Source: Amia ocellicauda (Eukaryota). Taken from it: a stretch of 64,000 nucleotides of DNA. The notes under the pieces were generated by a model. That model was not told the origin of the DNA and searched no databases. It saw nothing but the letters and a program-made list of their open reading frames with translations. The stretch is taken from the NCBI RefSeq assembly GCF_036373705.1, contig NC_089863.1:18979406-19043405 (forward strand). Direction: 5' to 3'. This document shows positions 58,557 through 64,000 of the stretch, in pieces (position 1 is the first letter of the stretch; each line of letters begins with the position of its first letter). Position numbers and translations under genes: made by a program.

Positions 58557-58990
58557 TTACCGGCCGAGAGCCCAGATTTGAACATCTCTGGAGAGATCTG
58601 AAAATGGCTGTGCACTGATGCTCCCCATCCAACCTGATGGAGCTTGAGAGGTCCTGCAAAGAAGAATGGGAGAAACTGGCCAAAAATAGGTGTGCCAAGC
58701 TTGTAGCATCATACTCAAAAAACTTGAGGCTGTAATTGGTGCCAAAGGTGCTTCAACAAAGTATTGAGCAAAGGCTGTGAATACTTATGTGCTTTTTTTG
58801 TTTTTTATTTTTAATACATTTGCAAAGATTTCAAACAAACTTTCACATTGTCATTATGGGGTATTGTTTGTAGAATTTTTAGGAAAATAATTAATTTAAT
58901 CCATTTTGGAATAAGGCTGTAACATAACAAAATGTGGAAAAAGTGAAGCGCTGTGAATACTTTGCTGATGCACTTTATACTTATGTAAAA
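58557..58990 (+). mobile_element. Nested 3' fragment of a Sleeping-Beauty-type Tc1-like element (transposase C-terminus plus right IR)
   Basis: Plus-strand translation ...RAQI.TSLERSENGCALMLPIQPDGA.EVLQRRMGETGQK.VCQACSIILKKLEAVIGAKGASTKY*, corresponding to SPDLNPIENLW...CKEEW.K......L...Y.KRL..V...KG..TKY. It is followed by the IR-like tail gctgtgaatactt...tgtggaaaaagtgaagcgctgtgaatactttg. Confidence 0.7.
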
Positions 58991-60099
58991 AACTAAATGT
59001 TGCATTAATGTGTTTCAGTATAAATGAAAAATAATAATAATGCAAGAATCTAGGCAATAATGCAGCAATAGGCAAAACCTATGGAACTACCTTTCCATGT
59101 ATCACAGACATGTCCATTGAAGTACATGATTGTCAGCCTCTTTGTGAGTTATTCAGGTCCCTCAGACATGCCACTGAGCAAAGCTGGGCCTCTCCATGAA
59201 GTGACAGAGGGGCACCTCGGGGTTTGACTCCACTAGACCTCTGAAGGTGTGCTGTGGTATCTGGCACCAAGACGTTAGCAGCAGATCCTTTAAGTCCTGT
59301 AAGTTGCAGGAACTCGTGCACCTTGAGCTCGTGATTCATCAGACCAGGCCACCTTCTTCCATTGCTCCGTGGTCCAGTTCTGATGCTCATGTGCCCATTG
59401 TAGGTGCTTTCAGCAGTGGACAGGGGTCAGCATGGGCACCCTGACTGGTCTGCGGCTACGCAGCCCCATACGCAACAAACTGCGACGCACTGTGTGTTCT
59501 GACACCTTTCTATCAGAACCAGCATTCACTTTTTCAGCAATTTCAGCTACAGTAGCTCGTCTGTTGGATCGGACCACACGGGCCAGCCTTCGCTCCCCAC
59601 GTGAATCAGTGAGCATTGGCCGCCCATGACCCTGTCGCCGGTTCACCGCTTTTCCTTCCTTGGACCACTTTTGATAGGTACTGACCACTACAGACCGGGA
59701 ACACCCCACAAGAGCTGCAGTTTTGGAGATGCTCTGACCCAGTCATCTAGCCATCTCAATGTGGCCCCTGTCAAAGTCGCTCAGATCCATACGCTGCCCA
59801 TTTTTCCTACTTCTAACACATCAACTCTGAGGACAAAATGTTCATTTGCTGCCTAATATATCCCACCCACTGACAGGTGCCATGATAACGAGATTATCAG
59901 TGTTATTCACTTCACCTGTCAGTGGACATAATGTTATGGCTGATTGGCGTATATATAAATGTGTGTGTGTGTATGTGTGCATGTGTGTATGTATGTATGT
60001 GTCATTTTTGAAAAATTTAAGTTACCCTAAAACTGTAGTAATTTAGTTTGAACATAATTCAAGTACATGCTTCGTTTCTTTTTTTTCTTTTCTTTTTGT

Positions 60100-61222
60100 T
60101 TAACAGACATATTTCCAATTACCAAAATAAAAGATGAAAAGATCCCCTCACCGGAAATTCTTCTAATCACTTTTGGTAACATGAGAGAGGTTAAATAAGG
60201 CATCACTCGTTGTGTGTTAGCTGGGTATTTGGTGCGCCAGCTTTAGATAATTAATGTATCCCTCTGGAAATAATGAGTACATGTTTTAAAAAAGTTTTGT
60301 AAGATGTTTATATTTTACCAGAAAGTATGTATAAAGCACTCGTACTCTGAATAAGCAAAACCCTAAAAACGTCTTGTTTGACGTTGAGTGTAACCTCTAC
60401 AGGTTTCTTTGCAAAGTCTAACGTATCTAAGCAAGACAATATCTTTCTGCCCTAACCCCAGTTGAAAATACGTATTGAGAGGTCATCAGCTGCCTTTACG
60501 AGTACCTGCAAAACAGGAAAACGAGAAGGCGGGATATCATAAACTTATTTAATCTTTTAACATGTTTAAAATTCATTATATGTTCGAATACAACAGACGA
60601 ATTGCCACCGCATTTAACACCAACCCCATAAAAACGACACCACGTTCACAGTGCATGCCACAAATCCTGCTGACTTGACTCGGTCTTTCATACATTTAAT
60701 TTACATTAGGTGCATTAGCAATTTTGCACATTATTATTAAATCTTAATAAGGCTTACCGAACTGTAGAGCAGCTCCTCTTCCAGCTCTCGACTGGCGAAT
60801 GTTCCGCGGATCTGAATCTGGAAGCATAGTCTACTTAATTATGGCGAAATAATGCAATATTAGCTCATAACGCAAGACTTATTGGGAAATTACGCTATAT
60901 TATCTCATACAAACGCAATCATTATTGCAAAATTACGCAATATTAACTCATAATAGAACGCGATATTGTATTTTTCGCTGTGGGGCTAATCGGCTTCAGT
61001 ACTTTAATTCGTAATTCACACTGATGGATCACAGTCACAGACACACACTTCGAACATAATGTCTAAACATTGAAAATGATAATAGATATCTGACAGGGGA
61101 GGAGAAAGTGACTTCCACAGCAGCTGGGCGATGCCTCTCGTGTTAGCAAAGGTGATGTGTTAGAAGAATTTCCGCTGAGGCAATCTTTTCATCTTTTATT
61201 TTGGTAATTGGAAATATGCGTG
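60100..61222. mobile_element. Nonautonomous DNA transposon (about 1.1 kb) with roughly 45-bp TIRs
   Basis: 60103 gacatatttccaattaccaaaataaaagatgaaaagatc ... 61180 atcttttcatcttttattttggtaattggaaatatgcg is an exact inverted match. There is no ORF inside. Confidence 0.65.
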
Positions 61223-61477
61223 TTAAAATATAAAAATAAAAATCATTCGGTCTATGCGAGGCAATTCAGTAAAACGATGAACAGATAAGCTTATTTTAAA
61301 ATTAATTAACTGTAGAAGTCATGTATGTATTTTCTTTCACTGCCATGTTTATTTAATTTTAAAGATAATACATCGTAGATATAAATTAAGGAAATCATTG
61401 TCTAAATTCCCCTAATATCATTACCATATATCCTCTAAAAATAAAATAATATAGTATCTATTTTTCCACAAGAAAAC

Positions 61478-64000
61478 CAGTCTCCCAGGAGACTGTCAAA
61501 AATTGCCGGCACCAGCTATATTTCAAGCCAGTGCAAGCGGGGTATTGGGTAAAGTTTTCAACTAGCAATAATCGCGCCTCGGATCAACCTCATCAGCTAC
61601 GATACTGCCACTGCGCAAAGATAAAGCACTGTCAGGGACGCAAAACCAACCCAATTACAACACGAAGCAAGCGTGTCGTGGTGATGTCTCTTAAATATAC
61701 ATTATATTTTAAATACAATGATATTGAAGTATATAAAGGGTCATTATATAAGCATAAACAACGTAATTGGGATGTATGAGAAAACAGTTCAGTCAAGGGC
61801 ATTACATACATCTTTTAAAGATAACCGGGACATCATGGGATATAATATTATGCAAATGTAGAGGATGGAAGGAGGGTAGATTCTTGTGCTTGTAAGTAAT
61901 GCTTGTGGGAAGCACCGGCACTTCTGATGTGAATCTTTTCCCATTAAGTTCAACGCGTTGAATGTTGCCTAATGCCTATGACACACATTTAGTTGAGGAT
62001 CATTGTACCAGTGACACGGAGTCTGAAGCAGAAGTTGCCAGTGCAGACCCTCTGAATCACTGATGGTATGTCAGCAGCACTCTTGAACACATATATGTCA
62101 ATGTGTGTCGCACCCTTCATTGTGACGATGCTTCCCTTTTTGAACTAAATATCAGAAAATGTTGGCAGTGAATAGGAAAACGAATTTTTGTGATATCAGA
62201 ATCTTTCCATTGCTGCACGGCTTGACAAGTGGAAGACATAGAAGACTGTGAAGCAGGTGATATCCACGGGGCCACCAAGTTTTCACCACGAAAGTGTTAT
62301 CAACACTGCAGAAAATTGGACGTTGACATAACTTGATTTTTATTTCAGTTTTTTTCTTTATCAAGTTTCTTAGTGTATACTGTGCTTAACTCGAAACTTC
62401 CTTTTTTAAAGGATTGCAAGACTCGGATTGGGCAAATGATTCGTTCAGTTACGTAACTGATAGCTCAGCTGGAACAAGAAACAGAATGGGTAGGGAGTCC
62501 TCCAGGACCAGGGCTGTGAACCACTGGCCTAGCTACATGGCAATGTGGGATTATTTGATGCAGTTACCCCAGTTTTATGGCTGTGTTTCTGTGTGTCATT
62601 TAGTATGTTTTGTTCATTTTCCTGTTTAGGCAGACTTGTGCTACTTTGAGGATGACTTGAATTCACTTTCCTTGTACAATAGCCTGGCGTTATTTCAATC
62701 ATGTGAATGCCTCAAGCGGTCTACTAATAGCATTGTTTAATTGAGGAACTTCAAGTCAGACTTGCACCATTCATACAATCATGCTATACGCAATCAGAAT
62801 CCGACTTCAGATTTGCGTCATATAATGGTTGTATGTGACAGCTGGAATGACGTCAGACGTCGTAACATTGACATTATTCTGAGGTCATTCCAACTTTCAT
62901 AGACAAGCATTGTATGAGCACAATCTGATGTCTAGGCAACGTCATTCCAACTAACTGTGGCACCTGGAAAGGACCACGGCATATGACATCTTCTTCAGTA
63001 AACCTTATTCAGAAACAAATCGAAGCAGGGAAGCTTTTTTCGGTACAATAGCTTGAAATGGTTCAATGCTTCGGAAAGCTTACTTTCCCCCATCACTAGT
63101 TTTCAGCGATCCTTTATAAAGATCTTGATTGAGCCTGATGGGAATCGTTGCGTTTCTATCATTTGAAAGATGATACAGGGAGTCCAGCGTACAGCGTTTA
63201 AATTGAGGAACGCATTAGCTACGCTCCTCGGATACCTTGACCTACACGTTGTAGCCAGTCGTGAATCTTCTGTTTTTCCACCAGAACACCAGTCTCCCAG
63301 GAGACTGTCAAAAATTGCTGGCACCAGCTATATTTCAAGCCAGTGCAAGCGGGGTATTGGGTAAAGTTTTCAACTAGCAATAATCGCGCCTCGGATCAAC
63401 CTCATCAGCTACGATACTGCCACTGCGCAAAGATAAAGCACTGTCAGGGACGCAAAACCAACCGTCTTACAACACGAAGCAAGCGTGTCGTGGTGATGTC
63501 TCTTAAATATACATTATATTTTAAATACAATGATATTGAAGTATATAAAGGGTCATTATATAAGCATAAACAACGTAATTGGGATGTATGAGAAAACAGT
63601 TCAGTCAAGGGCATTACATACATCTTTTAAAGATAACCGGGACATCATGGGATATAATATTATGCAAATGTAGAGGATGGAAGGAGGGTAGATTCTTGTG
63701 CTTGTAAGTAATGCTTGTGGGAAGCACCGGCACTTCTGATGTGAATCTTTTCCCATTAAGTTCAACGCGTTGAATGTTGCCTAATGCCTATGACACACAT
63801 TTAGTTGAGGATCATTGTACCAGTGACACGGAGTCTGAAGCAGAAGTTGCCAGTGCAGACCCTCTGAATCACTGATGGTATGTCAGCAGCACTCTTGAAC
63901 ACATATATGTCAATGTGTGTCGCACCCTTCATTGTGACGATGCTTCCCTTTTTGAACTAAATATCAGAAAATGTTGGCAGTGAATAGGAAAACGAATTTT
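61478..64000 (+). repeat. Recent tandem duplication: 1809-bp period, at least 1.4 copies, about 99% identical (copy 1 at 61478-62195, copy 2 at 63287-64000, truncated by the window end)
   Basis: About 715 bp, from cagtctcccaggagactgtcaaaaattgcc to gaaaacgaatttt, is repeated with only a few differences (ccaattacaac vs cgtcttacaac). Similarity continues more weakly about 20 bp upstream (tttttccacaagaaaacc vs tttttccaccagaacacc). Confidence 0.9.

Larger units (their letters stand above)
56490..59950 (-). mobile_element. Tc1-like element (about 3.5 kb) with about 190-bp inverted termini, a decayed transposase, and nested insertions
   Basis: Termini 56490-56690 and 59760-59950 are reverse complements (ccaatcagccataacatt...cacctgtcagtgggtgggatatattaggcagcaagtgaacattttgtcctca). 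Minus-strand transposase N-terminus MGCSRSVVVSTYQKWSKEGKAVNRRQGHGRPMLTDSRGERRLARVVRSNRRATVAEIAEKVNAGSDRKVSEHTVRRSLLRMGLRSRRPVRVPMLTP runs 59709-59410. The downstream DDE region (59390-59130) is frameshifted. Confidence 0.8.

Noticed and set aside
61478-64000. LTR retrotransposon with 715-bp LTRs
   Set aside because: The internal region is only 1.1 kb, with no PBS, PPT, gag or pol signal, and similarity extends beyond the block edges. A tandem duplication fits better.

Overview
This window is vertebrate nuclear DNA, almost certainly from a teleost fish. It is not prokaryotic. The evidence is spliced multi-exon genes with GT/AG introns, teleost tRNA-derived SINEs, L2-like LINE tails, Tc1/mariner transposons and abundant micro- and minisatellites.

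Protein-coding content:
- Two paralogous cytosolic sulfotransferase (SULT1-like) genes in convergent, tail-to-tail orientation (+ 1052-3936 and - 10532-7049). Both carry the same 43-bp-unit minisatellite in intron 6.
- A butyrophilin-like immune gene (signal peptide, IgV, IgC, TM, two in-phase mini-exons, B30.2/PRY-SPRY) on the - strand, 38290-43682.
- A putative single-copy gene with an E/R-rich coiled-coil repeat followed by a roughly 460-aa unique ORF (+ 34420-36290).
- A two-exon C2H2 zinc-finger gene with a fish-type N-terminal domain (+ 49831-55363). It has a CRE/YY1/GC-box promoter and a frameshifted terminal finger.

Mobile elements:
- A compact, apparently intact Tc1/mariner element (1222 bp, 29-bp TIRs, TA target-site duplications, 346-aa DD36E-spaced transposase) at 21195-22416.
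- Several decayed or internally deleted Tc1-like copies.
- A 3.5-kb Tc1-like element carrying nested insertions.
- L2-type LINE 3' fragments and SINE copies.
- Nonautonomous TIR elements.

Other structures: a 3.1-kb palindromic structure, an orphan CpG-island promoter with an NRF1 site, a complex local duplication zone, and a recent 1.8-kb tandem duplication at the window end.

I see no prokaryote-style defence system or operon. The most interesting biology is the gene-conversion tract between the inverted SULT paralogs, the putative immune gene pair (the butyrophilin-like gene beside the E/R-repeat gene), and the potentially active DD36E transposon.

All coordinates come from manual reading of the sequence. 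Family assignments rest on recognised motifs, not on database searches.
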